The translations under genes were made by a program, and so were the position numbers. From contig OX597820.1 of assembly GCA_951406725.2 (NCBI GenBank), forward strand, positions 50,592,001-50,656,000: 64,000 nt of DNA, written 5' to 3'. The notes under the pieces are model-generated. The model saw only the letters and a program-made list of their open reading frames with translations, searched no databases and had not been told where the DNA came from. Below, piece by piece: positions 1-14,290 of the stretch. The stretch is from Octopus vulgaris (lineage: Eukaryota). Each line of letters begins with the position of its first letter. Positions within the stretch are counted from its first letter, which is position 1.

Positions 1-7
1 TAGATTT

Positions 8-56
<49 letters not shown>

Positions 57-244
57 CATATATATATAGGCTTATATGTGAGGAGTGTATACATATGTGC
101 AGTCCATAAACATGTGCATTTCTTATTGAATAATTTAATAATTGAACATTATTGAATTCCCGTGCATTTATTATTCAATAAACATATATTCATCCTTTAA
201 TCTTGAAATATTTCCACACTTCTGCTTTCTTTTTTTCCTCTCAG

Positions 245-294
245 AATTGACCTTATACCATCAAAGCTGTCATTGTTGGCACGTGACACACTTG
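245..294 (+). other. Candidate 50-nt spliced exon of an unknown host gene
   Basis: Long polypyrimidine tract ending cttttttcctctcag (AG at 243-244) and donor G/gtatgc at 295. Two frames are open (IDLIPSKLSLLARDTL; LTLYHQSCHCWHVTHL). No homology recognised. Confidence 0.25.
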
Positions 295-3099
295 GTATGC
301 CGTCTATTATTGTTTAAACATTCTCCCAATTCTATTTATGTCTATATTCATTTATTCAAATAAGTGTTTTAGTATTTTAATTAAAATATTTCTAACCGAC
401 TTAGCTGTAACCGACAAACTGCGAATCGTTGCAAACATTTAGCGACATACAAATCTTCAGAGAATTTTAACGTTAGAATAGAATGAAGATCAACTTCTAT
501 ATTTAGCCACTCCTAAATAATTGCGAAATAAACAATGGGAAACTATGGTACTAAAACCGTCACATGAAGGGAATTTCTCTAAGAAGTACACAGAAATTAA
601 ATGCTTCACAACAGAAAGGCGGGGAATTTAACCATTGGAAATAGAAATCACAGCACATCAAGAAATTTTCTGAAAGAAAAATTAAATGTGTGTAAATTTC
701 GAAGTATAATTATGAAACCTCACCACTCGAGGGTATTGTATTGTTTTGGGAAACAGTTATGTCTGTTAAGTGATCTGATTACTGTTGGATCAAAATCATC
801 AATGATTTTGTATCCCAGTTCAATAAATGAGAAATGCATTGTTTCATTCTTCAAATAACAAACACCACTGACCTACAATTTTCCCTCTTGCCTTGTACAG
901 AGAAAACAGACTCACATATGTCATAAATTATTAACAAATGCGAATAACAGAATCAGTATTCACTCATATCTAAAAAGATAACACAAATAACGCGAATACA
1001 AATGTAAGGAGTTACAACAATGTATACAGTTTACTGGTTGTGATTCAATGGAAACACTCATAATTGGTTGTTGAATACGCTTTGAATTTTATATTATATT
1101 TATGAGGAATTAATAACATTCTGTTAGATAAGCACGAAAAATAAAATGGATTCTCAAATGTAAAGTTAATCAAAGGTATTTTAAGTTAACTCTCTCTCTA
1201 ATCTGAGTTCTTCCGTTTGGTACTTGTATCAATGAACTTTATGGAAAGCAATGATTTAAAGCTAATCAAATTATGTATATAACTAAACCTTCTGGTATTA
1301 TTTTAATTTGATTATGGTTACATTTTGCATACGTTCTCATCACAAAATTATAGAGGTCCTCTTTATAGTTGCTTTGTTGATGCAAACTGGTGAAGTTAAA
1401 TTTAATTTCGAAAACTACTTCACAATAAATTAGGAAAATTTTACTCAGCAACAAGTGAAAGGCCATAGGAATATAGACACTGCAGAAATAGTGGCGCGAT
1501 TTGCTTCATGTATATTCTATGACATAAATTTGTGTGGTAAAAATTTCAGATTCGTTACCGATGAAATGTTTTTCATCCGATACACTCGTATCTCCTACTA
1601 ACATTGCTGCAAATATTATTGATCTGTTGTACCCTCCTCTGTTACTTATGTCATGTTCTGCGAGTACCAAGCGAATAATTTTCTTTCCCAATGAAATTGA
1701 CAGAATTATGCAGCTATAAAATAAATATCTAACTCTACCACTAACAACAACACCAATTATCGAACATTAATCTCACTTATAGGCCCAGGACTGCTCCCAT
1801 TTTTACCGTGCCCATATAGGCCAACATTACAACTGCTGCAACCTTTATTGTGATAAATACGATTGACTATACATGCGCATTGATATAAGCTTATAAAAAT
1901 CGCTATTAATATCGTCAAATTATAGAATAATTAAACTGCTGAACAAAATACCATGATACTGTAGTTTCTAATGTCCTTTTACATGCTAACTTCAAACCCA
2001 AACATGTTCAATGATGGTATTAATTATTCTAATGCCGATAAGATAGATAAGAAATCCCGAAAGTGAAATCCCCGAAACTAATCAACCCATGATACGAACT
2101 CCCTGGGTTTATAACAAAAATAGTAGTAAATTAGATATAAGACTTCCAAGATGTGGGTGATAGAGAGAAAAAGTCTACTACAAACCCATGATATCTCTTT
2201 TTATTTTGTAATTGAGGCACTTGGTACTACCTCCATATTTCTGCATACATACTAGATTTCGAACTATAACTACGCAAACAAGAACTCTTCAGGCTCATCT
2301 TTTTCTAGCTGAGATGCGAGAGAGCTGTGTTCGCGTATGAAGTGGCAGTCTTCGTAATGGTATTGGACACCATAGAAATACAATTATCGACTAACGAAAT
2401 GAATATAAAGCGATAGCAAACTCAAAGATAAATTTCGACAAGCCGGTGGTTTAGAGTTTCAGCACCAAGTGGGATAAAATCTATGCCGTTAGACAGCAGA
2501 GTAGGTGGCTGAACAGATGAACCATCTCAATTTTTCGGTGAATTTGTACAAGATTATGAGCAAGGGGGAGTAGATAATGTTCCAAGAGGAAATTATTCGG
2601 GAAATGTCGAGAAGTGATGGACAAAGCCGAAAATGCTACCGTGATAAATATCATTGTAACTTTCTCTACTCCAAATTAGACCAATTTGGAGCGTCAAATT
2701 TTGCGCATCCTACGAAAGGTTTGCGTTCTAATGCTCATGCTTTCCATCTGTCACAGTGCCTTTTGGAAGGCAAGCTGAACATGTCGTGGCCAGTTTTACG
2801 TAGTCACGCATTGAGGCTAAACCACCTAAAGATTTTACTTGGTTGTGAGCAAATGTGGACTTCGGTGGTAAAACACGTTTTCCAGAAGCTTATCTCTTTG
2901 ATAGAATTGCATTCCTGGGGCTATAAATAGTGAGCGTCTTCATCAGACACTCTTTACCGCTTACTGGTTAAGAAAATGTGGAAATTAATTGGATTTGAAA
3001 CGGGTGTATGATCGCAATCTCTTCAAGGTACATTTTACAGCAGATTCGTTGTCACGGGTGGGTAACAAGCGTGATTAGCAAAAGTATAGGAAAATTTTC

Positions 3100-3381
3100 C
3101 TACATCAATCTTAGGCCCATTTTTCAGTTATATAAGTCAATCCCTTATGGATATGTTTACACAATGGACAAACAACATAGCATCCATGACCTTCGGAAAT
3201 AGTTTTTTATGCTCAGGATTGTTGACGTATGGAATAAACTGTCTGCATCTGTTGTTCGCTGTCGAAGCACTACGTTCTTCAAAACTTTGATGCTTCCTGA
3301 AATACACTAACACTACACCTGTTACCCCCACCTCTGTTTCTATTTTTTCGCTTTTTGTATTGAAGTTCACCTGAGCATTGT

Positions 3382-3441
<60 letters not shown>
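3100..3441 (+). mobile_element. 3' fragment of a CR1/L2/Jockey-group LINE with (ATT)n tail
   Basis: Reads DLRK*FFMLRIVDVWNKLSASVVRCRSTTFFK from ~3188, matching the typical ORF2 C-terminal FFxxRVVxxWNxLPxxVV..FK. Followed by a short UTR and (ATT)n at 3384-3441. Confidence 0.6.
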
Positions 3442-3442
<1 letters not shown>

Positions 3443-3645
3443 GGGCGGCGAGCTGGCAGAATCGTTAGCACGCGGTATTTCGTCTCCAGTTACGTTCCGA
3501 GTTCAAATTCCGCCGAAGTCGACTTTCGGGGTGGATTAAATAAGTACCAGATACGCACTGGAGTCGATGTAATCCACTTAATCCCCTTGTCTGTCCTTGT
3601 TTCTGCCCTCTATGTTTATCCCCCTGTGGGTAATAAAGAAATAAA
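3443..3645 (+). mobile_element. tRNA-derived SINE, family A, internally deleted
   Basis: Head ggcggcgagctggcagaatcgttagc (A-box-like) and B-box gagttcaaattcc. Homologous to 48282-48502 and many other copies. (ATT)n on both sides. Confidence 0.8.
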
Positions 3646-3668
3646 ATTATTATTATTATTATTATTAC

Positions 3669-3735
<67 letters not shown>

Positions 3736-3742
3736 GTTATTG
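3646..3742. repeat. (ATT)n microsatellite
   Basis: Directly visible. Confidence 0.95.
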
Positions 3743-3814
3743 TTTTTGTCTACAAATTCGGCGTGAATTTCACGTGTATAGACATTAACAGTAATAACCT
3801 AATAATCCGTTATA

Positions 3815-4017
3815 TTGTAGGCACAAAGACCGAAATTTGGAGGGATCTACAAGTTGATCAGATCGACCACTGTACTAGACTGGTGATAATTTTATCGACC
3901 CCGAAAGAATAAAAGGTGAAGTCGACCTTTACGGACTTTGAACTCAAAACGTAAAGACGGACGATATGGTACTGAGCATTTTGCCCGGCGGCTATCGCTT
4001 CTACCAGCTCAACACCT
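3815..4017 (-). mobile_element. SINE family A, diverged copy
   Basis: ttatcgaccccgaaagaataaaaggtgaagtcgacc...tttgaactc is the reverse complement of the family A core and B-box. Confidence 0.75.
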
Positions 4018-4038
4018 TGTAGGAAGACTAATAATACT

Positions 4039-4428
4039 GGGGGATGGAAGCACTCCGTCGGTTACGACGACGAGGGTTCCGGTTGATCCGATCAACGGAA
4101 CAGCCTGCTCGTGAAATTAACGTGCAAGTAGCTGAGCACTCCACAGACACGCGTACCCTTAACGTAGTTCTCGGGGATATTCAGCGTGACACAGAGAGTG
4201 ACAAGGCCGACCCTTTGAAATACAGGTACAACAGAAACAGGAAGTAAGAGTGAGAGAAAGTTGTGGTGAAAGAGTACAGCAGGGATCACCACCATCCCCT
4301 GCCGGAGCCTCGTGGAGCTTTAGGTGTTTTCGCTCAATAAACACTCACAACGCCCGGTCTGGGAATCGAAACCGTGATCCTATGACCGCGAGTCCGCTGT
4401 CCTAACCACTGGGCCATTGCGCCTCCAC
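4039..4428 (-). mobile_element. Full-length tRNA-derived SINE, family B1, with 12-bp TSD
   Basis: Minus-strand head ggaggcgcaatggcccagtggttagg...ggtttcgattccc (A/B boxes). Direct repeat actaataatact at 4027-4038 and 4429-4440. Confidence 0.9.
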
Positions 4429-4924
4429 ACTAATAATACTACATCCACCATCAATGCAACAACTGCTGTCAATGCTGCTGCTACTGCTGCTGCTGCTGCT
4501 GATGATGATGATGATGTTGAATGAGATGATATAGATACTGATGATGATGATGATTCTGTTGCTACTGTTCTTCCTTATGCGACGACCTTTATTGTTGTTG
4601 CTGCTGCTTCTACATGAATCTTAGGTGGATGCAGTAATCATAATACATGGACGTTGAGAGTTGACTAAGAGATAAGAACATCGGTATTTATAATTCCTGT
4701 GGATCCTGTTGAGAGTCTGAAGATGAATGGATTAAATATCAAGAGGTTTGGCAGTATATTATCTTTACATCTTCTGTGTGGATGATAAAGCTACTACTTC
4801 AGCGATATGACAAAACGAAGATCAAATTTAGTAGGCGATACTGAGGCTACGCGTGATTATTGGAAAAGTTATTTGATATACCAAAAATATTGTCCCTTCA
4901 TAAACATATACTATGCTCGAGGCA

Positions 4925-5016
4925 AGTATACATACATACGTACATACATACTTACACACATACATACATATATACATACATACATACATACATACATAAA
5001 TATATGTGTGTGTGTT

Positions 5017-5082
<66 letters not shown>

Positions 5083-5250
5083 TGTATGTATGTATGTATG
5101 TATGTATGTATACAGAGAGAGAAAGCGCGAGAAAGAAATGGATAGATAAATATAAATACATATGTATGTGTGTATATGTTTGTATGAATGTAAGTTAATA
5201 TACTTGTACTGATGTTAGTACACAAATATACAAATGCATACATACATATA
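4925..5250. repeat. Compound (TACA)n/(TA)n/(TATG)n microsatellite
   Basis: Directly visible; explains ORFs at 4807-5243. Confidence 0.9.
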
Positions 5251-5253
5251 TGT

Positions 5254-5520
5254 GAAGGAGCATGGCTCAGTGGTTAGAATGTCGGCTTCATAGACATGAG
5301 TTAGTGAGTCAGGTTCCTAGACCGGGCTGTGTTGTGTTCTTGAGCAAGAGACTTTACTTCGCGTTGCTCCAGTTCACTCAGCTGTAGAAATGAGTTCCGA
5401 CGTCTCGGTAACCGGTGGGTGGGGGGTCTGGTAAGGGCGACAGCTGGTCTTCCATAAAACAACCATGCCCGGTCATGTGCCTCAGAGGGTAACTTTTCAG
5501 GTTCAATCCCAAGGTCATTC
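5254..5520 (+). mobile_element. tRNA-derived SINE sharing the central domain of family B2 but with a different tail
   Basis: Head gcatggctcagtggttag. Central ttgagcaagagactttacttcgcgttgctccagttcactcagctg matches ~9826-9870. Confidence 0.7.
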
Positions 5521-5527
5521 TACACGA

Positions 5528-5800
<273 letters not shown>

Positions 5801-7389
5801 GTGTATGAATACAGAGTGAGAGCAAGACAGAGGGAATGAAATGGATAGATAGGTAGATATAAATATATATGTATGTTTGTGTATGTATGTATGAACGTAG
5901 GTTTATGTACTTGTATTCATGTTTGTGTATGTGTATTTGTGTGTGAGCATGTGCATGTGCCTGTGCGAGTGCGCGCTCATGTATTTTTGTCATATGAATC
6001 AGAGTGATATTGTATAGTCGTTATTTGAATCGTCATATTCCAAGAAATTGCGCATTAGCCACGAACTATTGCGTTTCGCAAGGAATTAATAAGAATTAAG
6101 CTTTTGTATTTGGGGGAAGGTCAATATTTATATCTTCATGACCAAAGTTAATTGAAACATCATTATTTTGTTTGGACCAAGAACTGCGGCGTTGAAAGAT
6201 TAACTCGACCACGCATAAATTTGTCTCAGTCCACGACAGTGACTTTACCAAATCCGTTAACAAGTTGATCCTATCACTGTTTTAGTTCTCAATTGACAGC
6301 AATGTATATAATCGTTTTTTTTTTGCCACAATTGGTTACCTCACGATCATTTCTTCTCCGAAATATCAGAATTCTCGCTGTATATCAGAATGATGTTCGT
6401 TTGTATTATTAACTGTTCCACGTATACTCAATGTATCGACTGAAATGTGAAATATGTAGCAAGTATATGTGTATACAAACATACATATACATACATGCAT
6501 ACATAAATATATATATAGGTGTGTGTATTTATATGAACTTATGTATGTATGTATGCATGCATGCATGCATGCATATGTATGTATGATGCACAGGCATTGC
6601 ACGATAAAAACATTGATTAAGCTTCGTGCAATGACCATACTCGATAACGAGGGGGAAGCCACTATGATGTATGTATGTATATTTATATATGTGTATCTTC
6701 GTGTGTGTGTGTGTGTGTGTGTGTGTTTATGTCCCTCTGTGTGTATGGATAAGTCAGCCAAAATATTCGCTAATTTTTTTTTTGTTTTAACCAAGAAATG
6801 CGACGTTAAAAGTTTAACTCGACTACGCATGAATTTGTCTCATTCCACGGGGAGCTTTTCAGTTCAAATGCACCTCGCTTTGTCCGCCAACTGCGTTTAA
6901 TTACAGTAAAATCGAAGGAGTTAGAAGACGCCAACTACCAATTTATGGCAAGGATGGTTGCAGATACTCTCCAAACATCCAAATCAAGTGTTAAAACTGT
7001 CTGCATCAATTTCCTTGCATGCACATTCGCGATTTTGGCTCGATATCAGCTGAATGAGGGTAATCTCACCCAACGAAATTCCACCAGCATTTCGCTGTAG
7101 AAAAACGATTTGATTTTGGAGAGTATGGCCAAGGGACATATATTGGATCGTCTATAAAACTGTGAAGTGCAAGCCACATTTAATGTAGCACTTCACCCGA
7201 AGAAATTTCTGTTTTTAATTTGGTGAGATTGGAAGAGCGTTGTCTTAAATGCAATGATCCAACAGAAGCGTAAGGGCAATGTCTACAATAACGACAATGC
7301 CAGACAGACCAGTTGTTTGCAGACACGACAGGAGTAAACAGAGGCTTGACTGAGAAGTTCAGTCACACCGTCCATGTTCGCTCGACGTA

Positions 7390-8681
7390 TCAGGTCATCC
7401 CATAAGTTCTGTCCGATTTGACCTTTTTTAGAATTGAATGAAATTTAATAGTACTTTAGAATGTCTAATGGAATTTTTAAAAACATATTTTTATGCATTT
7501 GTATACATTTAAACTAATTAAATATTATTTTACAGAATAATAGAATTAAAATTTCTTTGATTAAAACCCTTTCTAACATGGAAGTATCCAACGAGCATTG
7601 AAGGCATATTATGCTTTATGGTTAAAAAAAAGAACACTCTGCAACCAAAGCCACTCGAACCATACACTCAGTGCATAGGAAGCAATGCTTGAATGAAAGA
7701 AGTTGCACGAGATGGTTTGCAAAATTCTGAAATGGGGATTTCAAACTTGAAGGTGAAGATCGAACAGGACGTCCAGTTGAGTTTGATGATAAGCTCCTTG
7801 AGGCATTACTTGAAGAAAATCTTGTATTATCAGTTGAAGAATTGGCAATAAAGCTTAGTTCAAACCATACAACTCTTCATCGTCATCTTCAAAAACTTCG
7901 AAAGATTCCTAAACTTGGAAAATGAGTAAGTCATGAACTGTCCGAAAGCAACCGCAAATCCCGAGTTGACATCTGCTCGTTTCACCAATCTCACGAACTC
8001 ATTTCACCTTTTCTGGATAGAGTTGTGACTGGTAGCGAAAACTGGATCTAGTATCGAAATGTTAAACGTCGTAAAGAGTGGATTAATAAAAGGTAAACAG
8101 CTCAACCACAACCGAGAAGGGATCTTCATGGAAGAAAAGATTCTTCTCTCTATCTGAGGGATTACAAAGGAGTAATTCACTCTGAATTGCTGTCATCTAT
8201 TGCAACAATCAATACTTAAGTATACTGTCTGCAATTAGAGCGTGTGAACAAAGCTTTGAAGAAAAAGTTACCCGCTTTAGTGAATCAAAAAGGAGTGATG
8301 TTTCAGCAGGGCAATGCGCGACCCCACACTGCAAAGATCACATCACAGAAAATCGAAAAGCTTGGTCGGGAAAAAATTCCTCACCCACCTTATTCTCCCG
8401 ACCTCGGTCCTTCACACTACCATTTGTTTCGTAGTTTACAGAATCATTTGGGAAACATAGCTTTCGCAAGCTAGGAGGAGGTTGAAACTGACACTTCAGA
8501 GTCCTTCGCTTTGAAACCAAAACAGTTTTACATTAATGGGATTAAAAATATTGTAAATAGATGGAATGAAGTCATAGGTAATCAGGGAAAGTACATTGAT
8601 GATTAAATTTCAATTAAATATAACATTTGATCACTTGTTTTCTTTATTCAAAATTCGGACTGAACTTATGGGATGACCAGA
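7390..8681 (+). mobile_element. Full-length 1292-bp mariner (Tc1/mariner) DNA transposon
   Basis: TIRs tcaggtcatcccataagttctgtccga and tcggactgaacttatgggatgaccaga, flanked by TA at 7388-7389 and 8682-8683. Confidence 0.92.
7578..8606 (+). pseudogene. mariner DD34D transposase pseudogene
   Basis: Runs from ATG 7578 to TAA 8606 with multiple stops and frameshifts. Motifs RVVTGSENWI, QQGNARPHTA and HPPYSPDLGPSHYHLFRSLQN. Confidence 0.9.
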
Positions 8682-9739
8682 TACTTCTTTCAGATTTCTC
8701 CGTTTCAATCTCTACAAAATTCCTTGAATGGACAGACCCTAAACACCGAAGTAGATGTAAAAATCCATGTGGAATTTTTTCCGCCTGTATAGACAGGGAA
8801 GTCTTTGAGTAAGAAAAATTGGTGGTGCTGCCTTATGTATGAGAGAAAATACTGTAGCAAAACGGTAATTGTATCAATATTTGAATAGAACTTTTGTGTT
8901 AAAAACGTGACAGTTTCGGTTAAAAACTGAACGGACATTTTGGCCAACCCAAAACCTTACATGGTGACGATTTGCAATAAAAATCATATGAACATTTAAA
9001 TTTGGTGCTCATGAAAGAATGAATAAAATGCTTGATTTCAAAATATATAATAAGCAAGACAATATAATCTCTAGTCTTTCTTTTAATCCTAAAAACCACA
9101 TCTCTATTAGAAATAGCTTCATATCAACATTCAGTAGCATTTGTATTAATGTTTAAAAGGAAAATTATATTTGATAACTGCAAATACAACTCGCAACCCA
9201 TAACTTCGGTTTCTTACTGTTTTTAATTAAAATGAATGAAGAACTGACACAGAAATTAAAAAGATGATGACAAGGAGAGAATGATGAGTTGCAGTAAACT
9301 GTTCGAATTTGCAGAATACAAAAATGAAGGTATCAGTAGAACGTAGTTTTAACATTTCTTTCAGTTGTTTCAATACGCCTCCTTAAAAACAATAGATTAC
9401 GACAAATCACGGTGTAGGCGAGAAAATAATAACACTCAACAAGCGTAGGAAAGATAGAGGATACAATGAGAAAGTGATAAAGGAAATAGAAGAGGCAGAG
9501 TTGATATAGCAACGCTGTCAATGAAGAGCGCGAAGATGGGAGAAGACAGAGTTACATACAAAGAAATTTTTACTCTCCCTCACCCCTTCTCTCTCTCTCA
9601 CACATCACATTCATGTATGCATGTACGTACGTATGTATGTATGTGTGTATGTATGTATGTATGTATATATGTATGCATGTATGTATGTATGTATGTAAGT
9701 ATGTATGTATGTGTGTGTATGTGTGTGTATAAGAGAAAG

Positions 9740-10069
9740 GTGTGAGGGCGCGTGGCTTAGTGGTTAGGGCATTCGGCTCATGATCGTAAGGTTGTGAGTT
9801 CGATTCCCGGCGACGCGTTGTGTCCTTGAGCAAGACACTTTATTTCACGTTGCTCCAGTCCACTCAGCTGGCAAAAATGAGTTGTACTTGTATTTCAAAG
9901 GGTCAGCCTTGTCACTCTCTGTGTCACGCTGATTATCCCCGAGAACTACGTTAAGGGTACACGTGTCTGTGGAATGCTCAGCCATTTGCACGTTAATTTC
10001 ACGAGCAAGCTGTTCCGTTGATCGTATCAGCTGGGACCCTCGTCGTCGTAAGCGGCGGAGTCTTTTTTT
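9740..10069 (+). mobile_element. Full-length tRNA-derived SINE, family B2, with 12-bp TSD
   Basis: Head gcgcgtggcttagtggttaggg...gagttcgattccc. TSD tataagagaaag at 9728-9739 and 10070-10081. The 3' ~180 bp is shared with B1. Confidence 0.9.
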
Positions 10070-10079
10070 TATAAGAGAA

Positions 10080-10119
<40 letters not shown>

Positions 10120-10121
<2 letters not shown>

Positions 10122-10380
10122 AGTAGACAGCGTGTTACACCCACGTTTGGAAGATCGTGATTTCACTTCCCAGGCGAGCAGTGCGCTGTATTTATGAGCA
10201 AAATTTTTCGTTTCTCACTGCTCCAAGCCACCCAGCTCTAAATGGGTAGACCTGCGATGGTCTGATTTTCCGTATAGGAGAAATGTTGGCCTTCTCGCTT
10301 AACCAATTGGGCTGAGTCATTTGAAAGGCACAAAATGCAATTAAGTGTATTGTAACCAATGATGTATCTCACTCTCTGTG
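10120..10380 (+). mobile_element. Degenerate SINE with V-domain-like segment
   Basis: ccacccagctctaaatgggta...acctgcgatggtctg resembles the V-SINE central motif; the head is decayed. Confidence 0.4.
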
Positions 10381-10454
10381 ATTCACTTATATACGTATAC
10401 ATTCATGCGTATGTGTGTATGCGTGTGTGTGAGTGCGTGTGTACAGACGCATAT

Positions 10455-10522
<68 letters not shown>

Positions 10523-12133
10523 ATGTGTGTGTGTGTGTGTGTGTGTATGTGTGTTCGCGATATATGTGAATAGAACAAATATATAGAAGTAGCCTTCTAG
10601 GTTATCATAGAATCGACCACCCCATAATCCATTTGTGTTCGGTCAATTGAAACAATTATTTATTGATCAGAAAACATAATAAATTATACTATTTCGTTGT
10701 GTATAATTTAAGTCACAATCTCAGACTAACCGGTTTTTAACCATCTATTTTATTAGTTTCATTAACGTAAATGAAAAAAAAATCTCATCAGTCAACATAA
10801 TTAATGGAGTAATTGTATAAACGACGAGTGGTTTGTTAGTTTGAAATGTTAAATGGGAATATTCTCTCAATAAGACATTCTAGAATCATAGCAAAATATT
10901 AATGCTTATATCAGAACATAATGATGATTTGTGCTGGTGATGTTCAATGCTGACCAGTAAGCTTCGAACAAAAGTTGGGCGAAACTTTTTTATGATCAAA
11001 GTTGTAACCATACTGACTTCTTTTTTCAGGATGTTTACTTTATAGTAAATTATAGTGTTGTTTCGTTTTGGAATATAGAAAGGTGTGTTTTGACTGATAA
11101 TTCGCAGCTATTTCTGGTTGGGGTTATACTCAAGTTTAACTCGTATGCAAAGCTAAAGTTGTTACAGGCGTCCCAGTGGCTCAATATAATGGAGAATGAA
11201 ATTAGTTTTATTGATTTTTTTCTTTCTTTTGTTATAAATTTGTTCTAAATGACTTTCAAACAGACCATGATCAATCGTTTTGTTTCTTTTTTTTTTGTTT
11301 TTGTTTTTCGGAAGCACGATTGTTGCAGAGATTGAAGCAGCGAAATTTACCTACAGAAATCTAATCCGACCAGTTTATAATTTACGATGTGTTTCACACC
11401 TTTAGCAATATCCTATCCATTCAGCCGTCATTTTTATTTATCTCGAGCTAAGTGTGAACGTTTGCCAGCATTAGACCACTGAATATTTCACAGCTTAAAT
11501 GTGCCAAAGCTATTGAAGTATGTGTGACTCTTACTTAAGTGGCTGACAATATAAATGTTAATGTTGTCAATTCTTGTGCACAAAGTGACAAAGCCACACG
11601 TCGCATACATACACTCACGCTATATTGTTGATTGCTATCTATGTTGGGTGTCAAAGAGATTTGCTTGTCGTATGTTGTTACGAGAAAGCACTTTTTCACT
11701 CTCAATTTATAGAAGTTAGTCGCCTAAAAAATATCTAACTTCTGCAGAAACACGCATGGAACTACCAACAAAGTTGTGTCATTTCGGTGATTCGTGGCTG
11801 AGACAATTCCCAATGTTCATTAATAATAGAAGGAGTCTACGGACATTATCCATAAGTAGTTGAAGCACAACACCAAACATCAATTGCATTAGAAAATGTA
11901 AAAAGTACCAACGAAAATACGATTGACAACAGCATAAACAGAGATAGATAAATTAGACGATGACGTTAAAGCGTAAATCATTTTAATGAATGAACGACAC
12001 ACAGTGGGAAAAAACAGTGGAAGAGAGGGAGTGAGAAATTGAGTGAGAGACAGGGAAAGGGAGGGAGAAAGAGAGTGGATACTTCGAAACGATATGTTTA
12101 CAACGTGATAATATATGATTGCCCAAAGATATA

Positions 12134-12976
<843 letters not shown>

Positions 12977-13106
12977 TATATCCGAATATCTATGTATCAT
13001 ACTGGCTTATGTATGTAAATATGAATGTGAGTCAATGGACATTGTACATATATACAAATATGCATACATACATACAAGCATACATACATACAATACATTC
13101 ATACAT

Positions 13107-13137
<31 letters not shown>

Positions 13138-13467
13138 AGCACACATATATATAATACAAAATGGAACAAGAACGCAAAATATTCGGACAACTACGTGATA
13201 CAAAAAGGGAGAACAAAACATCCAGATAGACAATACAAAAAAAACAAAAAATGGACGAGTCATTCGAAGCTTTCTATCCTCAGTCAAGAACCGGATGATC
13301 CTCGCAATGTCGGCTGATTAATCTTGAGTTTGCTCCAATCTGGCCAGCTCCAAGGAAAAACTAAGCTACGAGCATTTAGATTCCTTGGAAGAAAGCATCG
13401 AATGTATACGAAAACAGGACGGAAAAACAGACGATGTTACACAAATAGAAATACAAAATACAATGAT

Positions 13468-13468
13468 G

Positions 13469-13541
<73 letters not shown>

Positions 13542-13558
13542 TAATAATAACAACAACA
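13468..13558. repeat. (AAT)n microsatellite
   Basis: Directly visible. Confidence 0.95.
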
Positions 13559-14149
13559 GGACATAACACCAGGTGTCTTTCGACATTGTGTGGAATATTC
13601 TCCTCTGTTATTGGATAGCATTGGCTATTTCATTTATTGTCAATCACCAGATATCCATTACATGTGGTGAAGGCAATCGATGTTTCCCACGGTGGAGGCA
13701 GTTGCTGGGCATCAAGACGTTTTGACCATATTCAACCCCTCTTCCCCTCCTAAATTAAATTACCCACATTTTTATAGTTGAAAAACCGGAACTTCATACC
13801 CATATTTATCAAACATGTCAATATGACTGACTTTGAGGCTAAACCTTTTTCTAGCTGGTATTTGATATCACCATGATGCTAAATTTTGTCGATTTCAAGA
13901 GAATTCGCTAATAGTTTCTTTCGAAATCTTCTTTGACCTGACACATGTCTTTTTACCTAGAATGCAACAATACAATTATGAATATGATTTGAATTTAATG
14001 CATGGAAAATTTCATAGCACTAGCATCGCTCCTTCATAGTCAGCCTATGAAATTTGCAGCCCATACAAGTAAGTTAATTAGTGATTCACATTTGCTTCAT
14101 GAGTCTACCGTAATTTCGTTTGAATCCTTGTTATGCTCAGCATGCTAAC

Positions 14150-14290
14150 GATCCTTTCGAATATAAGCGCAAGGCCTGAAATTTGGGAGAAAGGAATAGT
14201 TGATTACATCGACTCCAGTGCGTAACTGGTACTTAATTTATCGACCCCGAAAGGATGAAAGGCAAAGTTGACCTCGGCGGAATTTGAACG
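14150..14290 (-). mobile_element. SINE family A, 3' fragment
   Basis: ctggtacttaatttatcgaccccgaaaggatgaaaggcaaagttgacctcggcggaatttgaac. Confidence 0.8.

Larger units (their letters stand above)
6745..8953 (+). mobile_element. Old degenerate mariner element, split by a younger mariner at 7390-8681
   Basis: Relic motifs LHPKKFLFLIW*DWKSVV (~7192), DNAR (~7293) and HRPCSLDV (~7365). After the insert the frame resumes with xSDF..FQSLQNSLNG (8684-8732). Right-TIR-like ggacattttggccaacccaa at ~8932-8952. Confidence 0.65.

Noticed and set aside
916-968. Minus-strand segment with good acceptor and GTGAGT donor
   Set aside because: All three frames contain stops, and nothing else supports a non-coding exon.
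9740-9815. tRNA-like sequences (also 4355-4428 and other SINE heads)
   Set aside because: They have A/B boxes but continue into SINE bodies bounded by TSDs, so they are not tRNA genes.
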